A stretch of 54,168 nucleotides of DNA from Chiloscyllium plagiosum (Eukaryota), in the NCBI RefSeq assembly GCF_004010195.1, contig NC_057719.1, positions 16,233,641-16,287,808 on the forward strand, given 5' to 3'. Under the pieces are notes generated by a model. The model ran no database searches and was not told the origin of the DNA. It worked only from the letters and a program-made list of their open reading frames with translations. The position numbers were made by a program, and so were the translations under genes. Every line of letters starts with the position of its first letter. Positions within the stretch are counted from its first letter, which is position 1. Below are positions 1 through 11,339 of this stretch, in pieces.

Positions 1-145
1 GTAGAGTCAGAATCTTTGGTGACCTTTAAGCGGCAATTGGATAGGTACATGGATGGGTGCTTAAGCTAGGACAAATGTTCGGCACAACATCGTGGGCCGA
101 AGGGCCTGTTCTGTGCTGTATTGTTCTATGTTCAATGTTCTATTA
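1..145 (+). mobile_element. CR1 LINE 3' end
   Basis: End of ORF2 (TFKRQLDRYM), then the tail gggccgaagggcctgttctgtgctgta followed by ttctatg-type repeats. Confidence 0.8.
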
Positions 146-247
146 ACTATGAGACTGCCTGTATCACAACATCGTGGGCCGAAGGGCCTGTTCTGTGCTG
201 TATTGTTCTATGTTCAATGTTCTATTAACTATGAGATCTGCCTGTAT
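83..247 (+). repeat. Tandem duplication, 82/83 bp unit
   Basis: 83-164 is repeated at 165-247 with a single 1-nt indel. The unit covers a CR1 tail plus flank. Confidence 0.9.
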
Positions 248-322
248 TGCTCACAAGCCAAAGCTTTTCACTGTGCCTTGGTACATGTGACAATAAATTC
301 AATTCAATTCAAATTCAATTCA
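240..322 (+). mobile_element. 3' tail of an unassigned non-LTR retroposon
   Basis: cttttcactgt...acatgtgacaataaa followed by (aattc)n. Similar tails at about 17930-17985 and 31440-31503. Confidence 0.5.
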
Positions 323-1489
323 ACATGGGTAGGAGGGAGAGAGGGAGGGACAGCCCTAGGCCATGCCTGGGACATTGTACAACACCACTTCCAGTCTGCC
401 AACAGAAAGCCTCTCCGGGCAATTAGATGACTACCAGCATCTGGAAAATACCCGTCGCCCTCCTTTAATTAAGCCCTTATGGAATCATATTGGTCTACCG
501 TGCAGAATAAAGGCCTTTCATCCCATCGGGTTTGCGCCAGGTAAAAACAAATACCTCACTATTCCACTCTAATTCACTTCTCCCATAGTCTTGGCATCAC
601 ATGAGCTTTGGCTGTAGTGTTCAATTGTTCCATGTCCTACCCATTCCAGAGATGCGAACAGGTGATTGGAAAATAGTTTAAATTCTGCCTGATTATATTG
701 CTATGACTCACCTCAGGAAGTTTTAATACATTAAAAGGCACTATAAAATTTCAGGTTGTTACTGTGATTCATTTACTTGTATTTTTTTGTTCCTGGAAAG
801 GCTCATATTTTAGCCTCAAAACAGTATGTCCCATACATGCAAATATTATTTTTCTAAATGAGTTCAACCGGTAAAATGGTCTCTCTCACTCATTATTAAC
901 TTGTACGCAGGAAAAATTTATATTTACGCAGTGTATTGCAGTTCATTGAAAATTTATGCTATAATATATTTTTAACAGCTAATAATTTGAATTCAGCAAT
1001 GTAAATAACTCAACCAAGAAAGCTTAGAAAGATTGACTGGATAATTTAAATAAATTGTCTTTTAATTCATATAACCAGAACTACATGGCAAGCCAGGATA
1101 CAAAATAGATCAAAATTGAATTGTAACTGAAAAAATAGAAATATTACATTTTTTTAAAAAATGTAATAGAAACCAGGAATTTTTAACACAATGTCTGCAA
1201 AAGTCACGAGCAGTGGCCGAGTTTCCTGCAAATAATGTATTGTGATAGAGAGGCCACAAGGTGGCGGTTTCAGCATTACAGGTTTTTGTTTTAGGTTAAA
1301 TATTGTCTTTTCTGGTTCTCTTTCACTGCAATTTCTTTTACAAACTTTTAAAAGACAAATCAGAAGAAAAGAAATATGTTAGCTTTTATGTTTCTTCCTT
1401 TCAGATCATATTTAAGATACCATTTGCTCTTTTTTGTTGCATGACAGGTTTTCCAGTCACAAGTGGGAGGGTATTGGCGGATTGTGGAG

Positions 1490-1970
1490 GTGAATTTTCC
1501 CAGAAGAGGTATAGGAGGCCTGGAGTCTACCATCCTCAATGCCATTTCCTCTGGATGAGCAGTGCTGCTGCAGACTGATATTGTCCCAGGATGTTGATAC
1601 TGAACAGCTGAGTAGGACCTGCAACCTGAAGAGCAGGTGACCATGTCATCCTAGCAGCCATCAAGGTGACAGTGACACTTACCTGTTATGCTAATGGTTG
1701 CTTCCAACAATCCACTGGGGATCTACGGGGATCTCTCAACTCTTGACCTACAAATCCATTAAAGCTGTTACCAATATAGTTTGTACTGGATCACACTGCC
1801 TAATCTCATTTGCTGCCTGCTTGGCAGTAGGCTTTGCCAATATAGCTGGCATCCCCCAGGCACAGGGTGCTACAGACTAAATAGGCTGAGGCCATCTCAT
1901 ATTGTGGCAATCCTCTTCAACAGAAAAGGCTTCCATTCCATTAATGTACAAATCTTCTGTGATCGATGGT
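1490..1970 (+). mobile_element. PIF/Harbinger (HARBI1-like) DDE transposase relic
   Basis: Collinear frameshifted motifs: RRPGVYHP, KVTVTLTCYANGCFQQSTGDL, GISQ...IKAVTN, GFANIAGIPQAQGATD (first catalytic D), FNRKGFHSINVQIFCD. Confidence 0.8.
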
Positions 1971-1979
1971 ACCACATCC

Positions 1980-2232
1980 TAGACACTTGACAATACAGTG
2001 CTGAGGGAATGCTGCGCTGACAGATGTGGGTCTTTCAGATGAGACATTAAAACAAGACCCTTGTCTGCTTCTCAGATGGATCCAAAGATCCTGTGGCCCA
2101 CTCTTTCAAAGTGGGCCAGGGGTGACCTCCCCAGTGTTCTGCTCAATATTTATCCCTCAATAAACATCAGTGAAACAATCATATTGTCTTTCTGAGCTTC
2201 CTGTGAGCAAGTTTGCTACCATATTTCCCTCC
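1980..2232 (+). mobile_element. Deu-domain SINE (SacSINE1/AmnSINE-like), partial
   Basis: cagtgctgagggaatgctgc...ctttcagatgagacattaaa...aatatttatccctcaa matches the DeuSINE core as I recall it. Reverse-complement copies occur elsewhere in the window. Confidence 0.7.
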
Positions 2233-2334
2233 AATGGTCACTGGATATATGCAGTTCACCAACTTTAGGTTTTCATCTGAACCATGCTGGGGTGCAGAGT
2301 CCTAGCAAATCACATAAATAAGCCTATAGATAGT

Positions 2335-5300
2335 GCTTTAAACTAAATGGTGTGTGGGGACGAGGGGACGAGAGGGGGAGGATTCAGTTATTGGAGAAAT
2401 TAGAGAACCCAAATGAAAGGAAGCGGTAAGAGTGCAGAACTCAGGAGAGGTTATTAAAATCTCCAGCAGATACAAATAGGACAGAGTATCTGGAAATGGT
2501 TAGCAATCAAACTTCAAGTACACTGGATAAATGAACGACAATGAGAAGAGGGACGGTTAATACAGGACTCAAGGTGTTATATCTGAATGTATGCAGTATA
2601 AGGAATATGGTAAATGACCTTGTGGTGCAGATCGAAATTGGCAGGTATGGCATGGCGGGCAAACGAAGACATGGCTGCAATGGGATCAGGATTAGGAACT
2701 GAATATTCAAGGATATACATCCCATCAAACAGAAAGGCATGTGGGTAAAGGGGTTGGGTTGCAATAATAGTAAGAAATGAAATTAAATCAATAGTAAGAA
2801 AAGAAGTAGGGTCAGATGGTGTAGAATCTGTGTGGGTAGAATTGAGGAACTGCAAAGGTAAAAAAGCCATAGCTGGAGTTATGTACAGGTCTGCAAACAG
2901 TAGTCAGGAACTGGGGCACAAGATACACCAGGAGACAGGAAAGATGTACAGGAAAGACAAAATTACAGTGATCATGGCGGATTTCAATGTGCGTGTGGAC
3001 TGGGAAAATAAGGTTGGTAGTGGTTCACAAGAAAAGGAATTTGTGAATGTCTGCAAGATGGATTTTTGGAGCAGCTTGTGCTGGAGCCCATTAGGGAACA
3101 GGCAATATTGGATTTAGGGCTGCGTAATACGGCAGACTTGATAGAGTGAAGGAATCCTTAGGAGGCAGTGATCATAACATGATTGAATTTATTCTGCAAT
3201 TTGAGAGAGAGAAGACAGAATTAGAGGAAATGCTATTTCAGCTGAACTACAAAGGCATGAGGGAAGAGCTGGGTGGAATTGACTGGGAGAGGAAGATAGC
3301 AGGAAAGACAGTGGAACATCAATGGCAGGAGTTTCTGGGAGTAATTCAGGAGACACAGCAGAGATTCATCCTGAGGAAAAGGAAGCATGGTACAAGGAGG
3401 ATGAGGCAACCATGGCTGACTAGGGAAGTCAGGGATAGCATAAAAGCAAAAGAGAAAGCATAAAAAGTAGCGAAGAACAGTGAGAAACCAGAGGATTGGA
3501 AAGCTTACAAACACCAACAGAGGTCAACAAAAAAAATGAGGGAGTAGATTAAATATGAAGGTAAGCTAGCCAGTAATATAAAGGAAGACTAAGAGCTTTT
3601 TCGATAGATAAAGAGCAAAAGAGAAGCAAAAGTGGATATTGGGCCATTGGAAAATGACACAGGAGAGATAGAAAGGGGGAACAAAGAAATGGCTGAGGAA
3701 CTGAATAATTACTTCATGTTAGTCTTCACAATGGAAGACATGAGTAATTTCCCAAAACTTCAAGAGAGTGAGGGGGCAGAGTTGGGGATGGTGGCCATAA
3801 TCAAGGAGAAGGTGCTAGAAAAACTGAAAGGCCTGAACGTAGATGAATCACCCGGAACAGATGGACTCCACCTCAGAGTTCTAAGGGAGATAACTGAAGA
3901 GATAGCGGAGGCATTAGTGATAATCTTTTAGAAATCACTTGAATAAGGGAGAGACTGGAAAATCACTAACACAACACCCCTGTTTAAAAAGGCAGTAAGG
4001 CAGAAGTTAGAAAATTACAGACCAATTACAAACAAACCTCAGTCATGGGTAAGATCCTGGAATCCATCGTGGAGGATGAGATTTTTGAATACTTGGAAGG
4101 GTATGGTAAAATACAGCAGAGTCAGCATGGTTTCATCAAGGGAGGTCATGCCTGACAAATCTGCTCGAATACTTTGAGGAAGTAATGAGCAGATTAAATC
4201 AAGGAAAACCAATGGATGTTATCTAACTGGACTTCAAGAAGGCCTTTGACAAGGTGTCACACAGGAGGCTACTGAGTAACATCAGGGGCCATGGTGTCAG
4301 AAGCAAGGTGCTAGGATGGATAGATGCTTGGCTGTCTGACAGGAAGCAAAAAGCGGGGGTAAAAGGGTCCTTTTTAGGGTGGCAGTGGGTGACATGTGGT
4401 GTTCACAAGGCTCAGTGTTGGGACCACAACTTTTTACTTCCTACATTAACAATCTGGATGAAGGAACTGAGGGCATTCTGGCTAAGTTTGCAGATGATAC
4501 AAAGATAGGTAGAGGGACAGATAGCATTGAGAAAGCAGGGAGACTGCAGAAGGATTTGGACAGGTTAGGAGAGTGGTCAAACAAGTGGCAGATGGAGTAC
4601 AATGTGGGAAAGGACAAGGTAATGCACTTTGGTAGGAAGAGTAGAGGCATGGACTATTTTCTAAATGAGGAGAAAATTCAGACTTGTGAGTTCTAGTCCA
4701 GGATTCTCTCAAGGTAAGCTTGCAGACTGTGTCAATAGTTAGGAAGGCCAATGCAATGATGGCATTTATTTTGAAAGGACTTGAATATAAAAGCAAGGAT
4801 ATACTTCTGAGGCTCTATAAGCTCTGATCAAACTACATTTTGCGCCCCAAATCTCAGGAAGGATGTACTGGCCCTGGACCATGTTCAGAGGAAATTCACA
4901 AGAATGGTCCCAGGAATGAACAGCTTAACAAATGAGGAACATTTGAGCATTCTGTGCCTATACTCGATGGAGTTTAGAAGAATGAGGGGTAATCCATTTG
5001 AAATATAGAGAACACTGAATGGTCTGGACAGAATGGACATTGGGAAGATGTTTCCATTGGTAGGAGAGACTAGAACACAAGGGCACAGCCTTAGAGTAAA
5101 GTGAAGATCTTTTAGAACAGAGCTAAGGAGAAACTTCTTTAGCCAGAAAGTGGTGAATCTATGCAATTCATTGCCACAGAAGATTGTGGAGGCCAGGTCA
5201 TTGAGTATATTTAAGACAGAGATAGATAAGTTCTTGATTGTAAAGGGGATCAAGGGTTACGGGGAGAAAGCGGGAGAATGGAGTTGAGAAATTTATCAGC

Positions 5301-5378
5301 CATGATAGATTGGCAGAGCAGACTCGATGGGCCAAATGGCCTAATTTCTGCTCCTATATCTTATGTTCTTATGGTCTA
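2335..5378 (+). mobile_element. CR1 LINE, near-complete ORF2 (APE endonuclease + RT), degenerate
   Basis: Fragments WVELRN..GVMYR, ADFN, LGGSDHNMIEF, SPGTDGLH, DFKKAFDKV, QGSVLGP..KFADDTK. Many stops and frameshifts; (cttatg)n tail. Confidence 0.92.
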
Positions 5379-6404
5379 ATGGCTTTATACAAATGCATGA
5401 ATATCTCACAAAAACCAGGCGAGCTATAACATTACATTTGAGGACCGCATTCCTGCCCTTTCCACTATCAGACTCCTTGAATGTCCTATTGACCACTGCT
5501 GTTAACACAGCAACTCTACTTACAAATCACTGTTGCTCCAATTTATAACCAGTTCTGGTCTGTGTTACATTAGAATGCTTGAATTTTAATTTGTGCATGA
5601 ATTTAAAACTGCAGCTTGTCTCACATCACCCCTGGGTTTTATTTCAATTGATCTTAATTTGGAGAGTTGCGATGAGGCCGTTGATTTGACATCACCTCCT
5701 TTACATCTTCCAGAGTGAGACTGTACCCTCTCACAATGGAAAAACAAATAGCAGTGTTTGATGACATGGAAACTTTGGAGTAACTGAACATACATACTCA
5801 CACTGCAACATGTATGTACACAGTTCCAGGCACTGCACACTGCTGTGTCATCCACAAATGTCTTCACTGCACATGTGCACATGGCCTGACATGGGACAAG
5901 AGAGGAGAGAGAAAGAGAACAGACCAAGGAGGGAGGGGTGGTGGGGATGGGTGAGAACAGACTGGGGAGGAGTTGGTAGAGTAGGGGAGAGAGAATAGAC
6001 CAGAGAAGAAGGGGAGAGAGAATGGATGAGGGTTGGGGAATGATTAGGTCCTCGAGGGACGGGGGAAAGAGAGACTATTCTCTGTTTCCCTTCACCTCCC
6101 CCATCCAATCTCTTCTCCATCAACCCCCCCAATCCCAATCTTTCCCCGACCCCTTCGCTATTCATGGTTGCATCCTTCGGTACACATAGTGTGGTAATGG
6201 AATAATGCTAAGTGCCCTTAGCATCAGGAAGCACATACTATTTCATATTAGCAGGCAGGCCAGTGTCAAAGATTTGCATGTGCACACGTTCCTATCAATC
6301 TTCTGCACTAGCACATGTGCACACACCTTCCTGGAGTGTACATGTTCCTCGGGGTTAGTAAACAGAGCCAAAACAAACACCTTTCACACTTCATCTCATT
6401 GACA

Positions 6405-6597
6405 TTAGAACAAAGAAGAACAATACAGCATAGGAACAGGTCCTTCAGCCCTCCAAGCCTGCGCTGACACATTTTGCCCTTTCATACTAAAACTGTCTTC
6501 ACTTACAGCATCCATATCCCTCTATTCCCGTCCTATTCATGTATTCATCCAGATGGTTCTTGAATGCTATTATTGTGTCTGCTTCCACTACCTTGCC
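6405..6597 (-). mobile_element. CR1 LINE 3' end
   Basis: Reverse-complement CR1 tail and end of ORF2 (FKNHLDEYMNR). Confidence 0.7.
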
Positions 6598-6607
6598 TTT
6601 TGGACTC

Positions 6608-6810
6608 TGATAGACAAGCAGGAGGCTGGCGGAACACAGCAAACAAGGCAGCATCAGGAGGTGGAGAAGTCAACATTTCAGGTGTAACCTTTTCTGAAGA
6701 AAGGTGACACCCGACACGTTGACTTCTCCACCTCCTGATGCTGCCTGACTTGCTGGGTTCTTCCAGTCTCCTGCTTGTCTACCTTGGATTCCAGTTTGTC
6801 TCTAACCAAG
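6608..6810. mobile_element. Penelope-like pLTR fragment, inverted-repeat insertion
   Basis: Arms about 6611-6689 and 6703-6781 are imperfect reverse complements. Degenerate hammerhead core ctgaaga at 6694. Flanking repeat tttggactc at 6599-6607 and 6811-6819. Confidence 0.7.
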
Positions 6811-6867
6811 TTTGGACTCGGAAGCTACAGAACTTGAGGATGTAAATATTCATGTCAAGAAAAGAGT

Positions 6868-8100
6868 TTATATTACAGAAGAGGAGGTGCTGGTGGTCTT
6901 TAAATGCACAAAGGTAGATAATGCCTGATCAGGTGTACCCCTGAACTTTGTGGGAAGTGAGGAAAGAGGTTACTGGGCCCTTGTTGAGGTATTTATATCT
7001 TGGATAAGCACGGGTGAAGTTCCGAAGGACTAGGGTTTGGCTAATGTAGTGCCATTATTTAAGAAAGGCTGTAAGGAACAACCAGAGAACTATAGACCAG
7101 TAAGCCTTATGTCAGTGATAGTTAAGTTGTTGGAGGGGATTCTGAGGGACAGGACTTACATGCATTTGGAAAGGCAAGGACTGATTAAGGATAGTCAGCA
7201 TGGGAAATCATGTCTCACAAATTTGATTGAGTTTTTTGAAGAAGTGACAAAAAAGATTGACAAAAGCCAAGCAATGTTGTCTATATGGACTTCAGCAAAG
7301 CATTCAACAAGGTTCTGCATGTTTGACTGGTTAGCAAGGTAAGATCACAGGAGATCCAGGAGGAGCTAGCCAATTGGATACAAAATTGGCTTGAAGGTAG
7401 AAGACAAAAGGTGGTGGTGGAGGGATGTTGTTTTGGAGGCCTGTGACCAGTGGTATGCCACAAGGTTGAGTTCTGGGTCCTCTGTCTTTCATCATTTCTA
7501 TAAATGATTTGGACGTGAATATCGGAGGTATGGTTAGTAAGTTTGCAGATGACACCAAATAGATGGTGTAGTGGACAGTGAAGAAGATTATCTCAGACTA
7601 CAATGGGACCTTGTTCAGATGGGCTATTTGGTTGAAGAGTGGCAAATGGAGTTTAATTTAGATAAACGTGAGGTGTTGCATTTTGGAAAGACAAAACAGG
7701 AGAGGACCTATCCACTTAATGGCAAAGTCCTGGGGTGTGTTGCTGAAGGGTGATCTTATAGAGGTTTATAAAATCATGAGATAGGGTGAATAGCCAATGT
7801 CTTTTTTCTAGGGGTGAGGGAGTCCAAAACTGGAGAACATAGGTTTAAGGCGAGAAGGTAAAGATTTAAAAAGGACCTGAAGGATAACATTTTCATGCAG
7901 AACGAGTATATGGAATGAGCTGCCAGTTGAAGTGGTAGAGGCAGGTACAAATACAACATTTAAAAGGCATTTGGATGGGTATATGAATAGGAAAGGTTTA
8001 GAGGGATATGGGCTTACGTCAGATTGGGATGTCCGGTTGGTGTGGATTAGCTGAACTAAAGGATCTCTTTCTGTGCTGTATGACTCTGACTCTATGACTC
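6868..8100 (+). mobile_element. CR1 LINE, 5'-truncated RT, internal deletion
   Basis: ANVVPLFKKG..NYRPVSL, SCLTNLIEFFEEVTK, KFADDTK, WQMEFNLDK. Sequence jumps at about 7747; (tatgactc)n tail. Confidence 0.9.
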
Positions 8101-8907
8101 CCACCTTTGTTGAATTTTTCTTCAGGCTTTATCCTGTACATTTTACCCTTGGCTGTGAAATTCCTTGCTAAAGATCGATCCATTGTAAGGATTAAACCAC
8201 AAATGTTAACCATCTTTCTAAAAATGTGCTGAATTTATCGTCTGGCATTTTCAAGGTTTACTTTTTTTCAGCAACAAATGTTGATGGCACCATTGAGGAC
8301 TACTGCAGTATCAACACTGAGATGGCCTAACTAACCCAGAGTTATTAACAGTTGTTTCACACTATCAGTGCACTGACTTCTCCAGAGCAGCTCCTTTGAT
8401 AACATACCACCAAGCAAAAACATACAATATAATAATTTTCTTGTAAAATATGCTCACCAGGGAATTTGAGGACTCTCAGAGGAACACGCTGTCCTGTCTT
8501 TTCAGAAACATGTTTGAATCCATCTGACAGATGAGGCTACAAACAAGTCTTTCTGCACATCTGCAGTTTGCATTCTATGGAAGAGGCTTCTATGGAACTC
8601 ATTGGAACAGAAGACTTGATGCGCCTAATTCTGTTCCTACACCTTATAGTCTTTGGGAACTTAGGAAACTCCCTTGGGGGTGTTGGTTCTGTTTTATGTT
8701 GGGAATAAGGTTTTATTGTAAAGGCATAGCAAAGCGAGCCTTACTCTGTCATAGCCTGACCTGAGCATGCTCAATGCTGAGTGGTACAAATTGGAAAACA
8801 TTCTATTTCTCAAAATTCCCATCCTGAAGTGAATTGAGTCACCGAAGTAAATCCTATAACATAATGGGTAAAAGTGGGAAAGCCAGTGTTGGACTGGGGT
8901 GTACAAA

Positions 8908-9071
8908 GTTAAAAATCAGACAACACCAGGTTATAGTCCAATAGGTTTAATTGGAAGCACTAGCTTTCGGAGCACTGCTCCTTCATCAGGTGGTTGTCAA
9001 GCAGTGCTCCAAAAGCTAGTGCCTCCAATTAAACCTGTTGGACTATAACCTGATGTTGTATGATTTTTAAC
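8908..9071. mobile_element. Penelope-like pLTR fragment (second family), inverted-repeat insertion
   Basis: 72-bp arms at 8908-8979 and 9000-9071 with 5 mismatches and a 20-bp spacer; contains a hammerhead motif. Confidence 0.75.
8958..8992 (-). ncRNA. Minimal type I hammerhead ribozyme motif
   Basis: Minus strand reads CAC-CUGAUGA-A-GGAGC(AGU)GCUCC-GAAA-GCUA-GUG: core boxes, 5-bp stem II, 3-bp stem I (CAC/GUG) and palindromic AGCU in place of stem III. Activity untested. Confidence 0.7.
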
Positions 9072-9079
9072 ATTGCAGA

Positions 9080-9790
9080 GATAAGCAATCATAGCACAGA
9101 AGGAGGTGGTTTGACCCACCTTGCTAATCTTTGCACTGGCAACCCTATTATTCCTATTCTCCTGCCCTGTATTTTCTCTCTTTTTAGGTTCTTATTCAAT
9201 TCCCTTTTGAAGGCCACAATTGAAACCTTTCCCAGAGCCTAACCATTTACTGCATGAAAGAGATCTTACTGATGTCACCAAAGCCTCTTATGACAACCAT
9301 GGTAAATTTAATCCTCTGGTTAATGACCCTTCTTCCTTCATTAACCAGTTTCTCTCTACCCATTCTTCCCAAAGCCCTGATGATTTTGAACAATCTTATT
9401 TCCTATCAAACTTCATTTCTCCAAGAACAGCCCCAGATTCGTCACAGAATCATAGAATCTTACAGTGCAGAAGAGGCCTTTCAACTCACCGTGCCAGCAT
9501 TATTTATTCACATAAAGAAGTCTCTCATCCTTGGAACCATTCCTGTAAATGTTTTCTGCTTTCTCTGGTGTTTTACCATGTTTCTAAAATGTGGTGCTCA
9601 AGGCTTAACACAATATTATCATTAAGGCAAAACCAGTGTTTTACAAAGGTTTTTCATAATTTCCTTGCTGTTGTACTCTACATTTATATATAAAGCAAGG
9701 ATTCTGTATGCATTTTAGCCATTTCTTAACATTTCCATCCATCCTCAACAATTTATGCACATTGTTTGGTATTGAAATTTAATCTCTACC
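9080..9790 (-). mobile_element. Old CR1 LINE fragment(s)
   Basis: Decayed reverse-complement similarity to the CR1 ORF2 C-terminus and tail. Further RT-like remnant at about 10270-10560. Confidence 0.55.
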
Positions 9791-10057
9791 AATGTGCCTC
9801 TTGGTTTGCTGTAGTCATGTGACTGCTACCATGTAGCATACATATTTGAGGCAGCCATTTTGCAAGTACTTCAATAAAGACAGTGTGAAGACCAAACTGC
9901 TGCCTTTTGAACACAGAACATTCATAAAACACTCAAATCCTTATAACATCTTCAAAATCATAGCCTTTTGTTTATATTGTCTCAACTTGTTTTTCTAACC
10001 AAATGTCTCTCTTCACAGTTCTTTGCATTAAAGTTAATGGGCCACATCTCCATGCAA

Positions 10058-10238
10058 GGAGAAAGTGAGGTCTGCAGATGCTGGAGATCAGAGCTGAAAA
10101 TGTGTTGCTGGAAAAGCACAGCAGGTCAGGCAGCATCCAGGGAACAGGAGAATCGACGTTTCGGGCATTCATTCCTGAAGAAGGGCTTATGCCCGAAACG
10201 TCGATTCTCCTGTTCCCTGGATGCTGCCTGACCTGCTG
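10058..10238. mobile_element. Young Penelope-like pLTR insertion with perfect 50-bp IR and 15-bp TSD
   Basis: TSD cacatctccatgcaa at 10043-10057 and 10239-10253. Arms 10119-10168 and 10189-10238 are exact reverse complements. Confidence 0.88.
10172..10205 (+). ncRNA. Minimal hammerhead ribozyme motif
   Basis: CUGAAGA-A-GGGC(UUAU)GCCC-GAAA-CGUC with palindromic ACGU and a GUC triplet at 10200-10202. Stem I is only 2-3 bp. Confidence 0.65.
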
Positions 10239-10671
10239 CACATCTCCATGCAATCCAAACCTGCTCTCTTAAAGTGTATTGTAATTCCCCCAGCAGTTCA
10301 CAATAGTTTCAAGTTTGTGTTATCTGCTAAGTATAAATAGTGACATGCACAGTCAAGTTATATATAAAGAGGAAAAACAATGGTCCAACAGTGACACCAA
10401 CTCCTATTGAGCTTCACTGTGTACCTTTCGCCAGAACAAAAAGCAACCATTCACAGCAATGTTTTGTGTCTCTCAGCTAATCTCATATCCCTGCTGCCCC
10501 TCTCTCTTTCCATGTGTTTCCACTTTGTTAACTAACCTATTAAGGGTGGTTCATTATCTTTTGGATGTCAATCAACCTCAGGACCCTGACCAAATTCTTA
10601 CTTTCTGAGAGAAAGCTAGAGCTGTATTTATGCAAATATTTCTGAGTAGAATATGAAGATAGGAAATGATT

Positions 10672-11305
10672 TTTTATTGGTCAGAGTATTGAGTACAGGA
10701 GTTGGGAGATCATGTTGTGGCTTTACAGGACATTGGTTAGGCCACTGTTGGAATATTGCGTGCAATTCTGGTCTCCTTCCTATTGGAAAAATGTTGTGAA
10801 ACTTGAAAGGGTTCAGAAAAGATTTACAAGGATGTTGCCAGGGTTGGAGGATTTGAGCTATCAGGAGAGGCTGAACAGGCTGGGGCTGTTTTCGCTCGAG
10901 CATCTGAGGTTGAGGGGTGACCTTATAGAGGTTTATAAAATCATGAGAGGCATGGATAGGATAAATAGATGAAGTCCTTTCTCTGGGGTGGGGGAGTCCA
11001 GAACTAGAGGGCATAGGTTTAGGGCGAGTGGGGAAAGATATAAAAGAGACCTAAGGGGCAACTTTTTCACACAGAGGGTGGTACATATATGGAATGAGCT
11101 GCCAGAGGATGTGGTGGAGGCTGGGGCTGGTACAATTGCAACATTTAAGAGGCATTTGGATGGGTATATGAATAGGAAGGGTTTGGAGGGATATGGGGCC
11201 GGGTGCTGGCAGGTGGGACTAGATTGGGTTGGAATATCTGGTCGGCATGGACGGGTTGGACCGAAGGGTCTGTTTCCATACTGTACATCTCTATGACTCT
11301 ATGAC
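10672..11305 (+). mobile_element. CR1 LINE 3' fragment (relatively young)
   Basis: LYRTLVRPLLEYCVQFWSP..LERVQKRFTRM..RLRGDLIEVYK..FFTQRVV..WNELP; (ctatgact)n tail. Confidence 0.93.
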
Positions 11306-11339
11306 ATCCATTCCATTCTTAAACTGTATATTTTAACTC

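Noticed and set aside
5586..5927. Cys-rich minus ORF as a candidate next fbln5 exon
   Set aside because: No D-x-D/N-E-C start, no EGF cysteine spacing and no matching splice sites.
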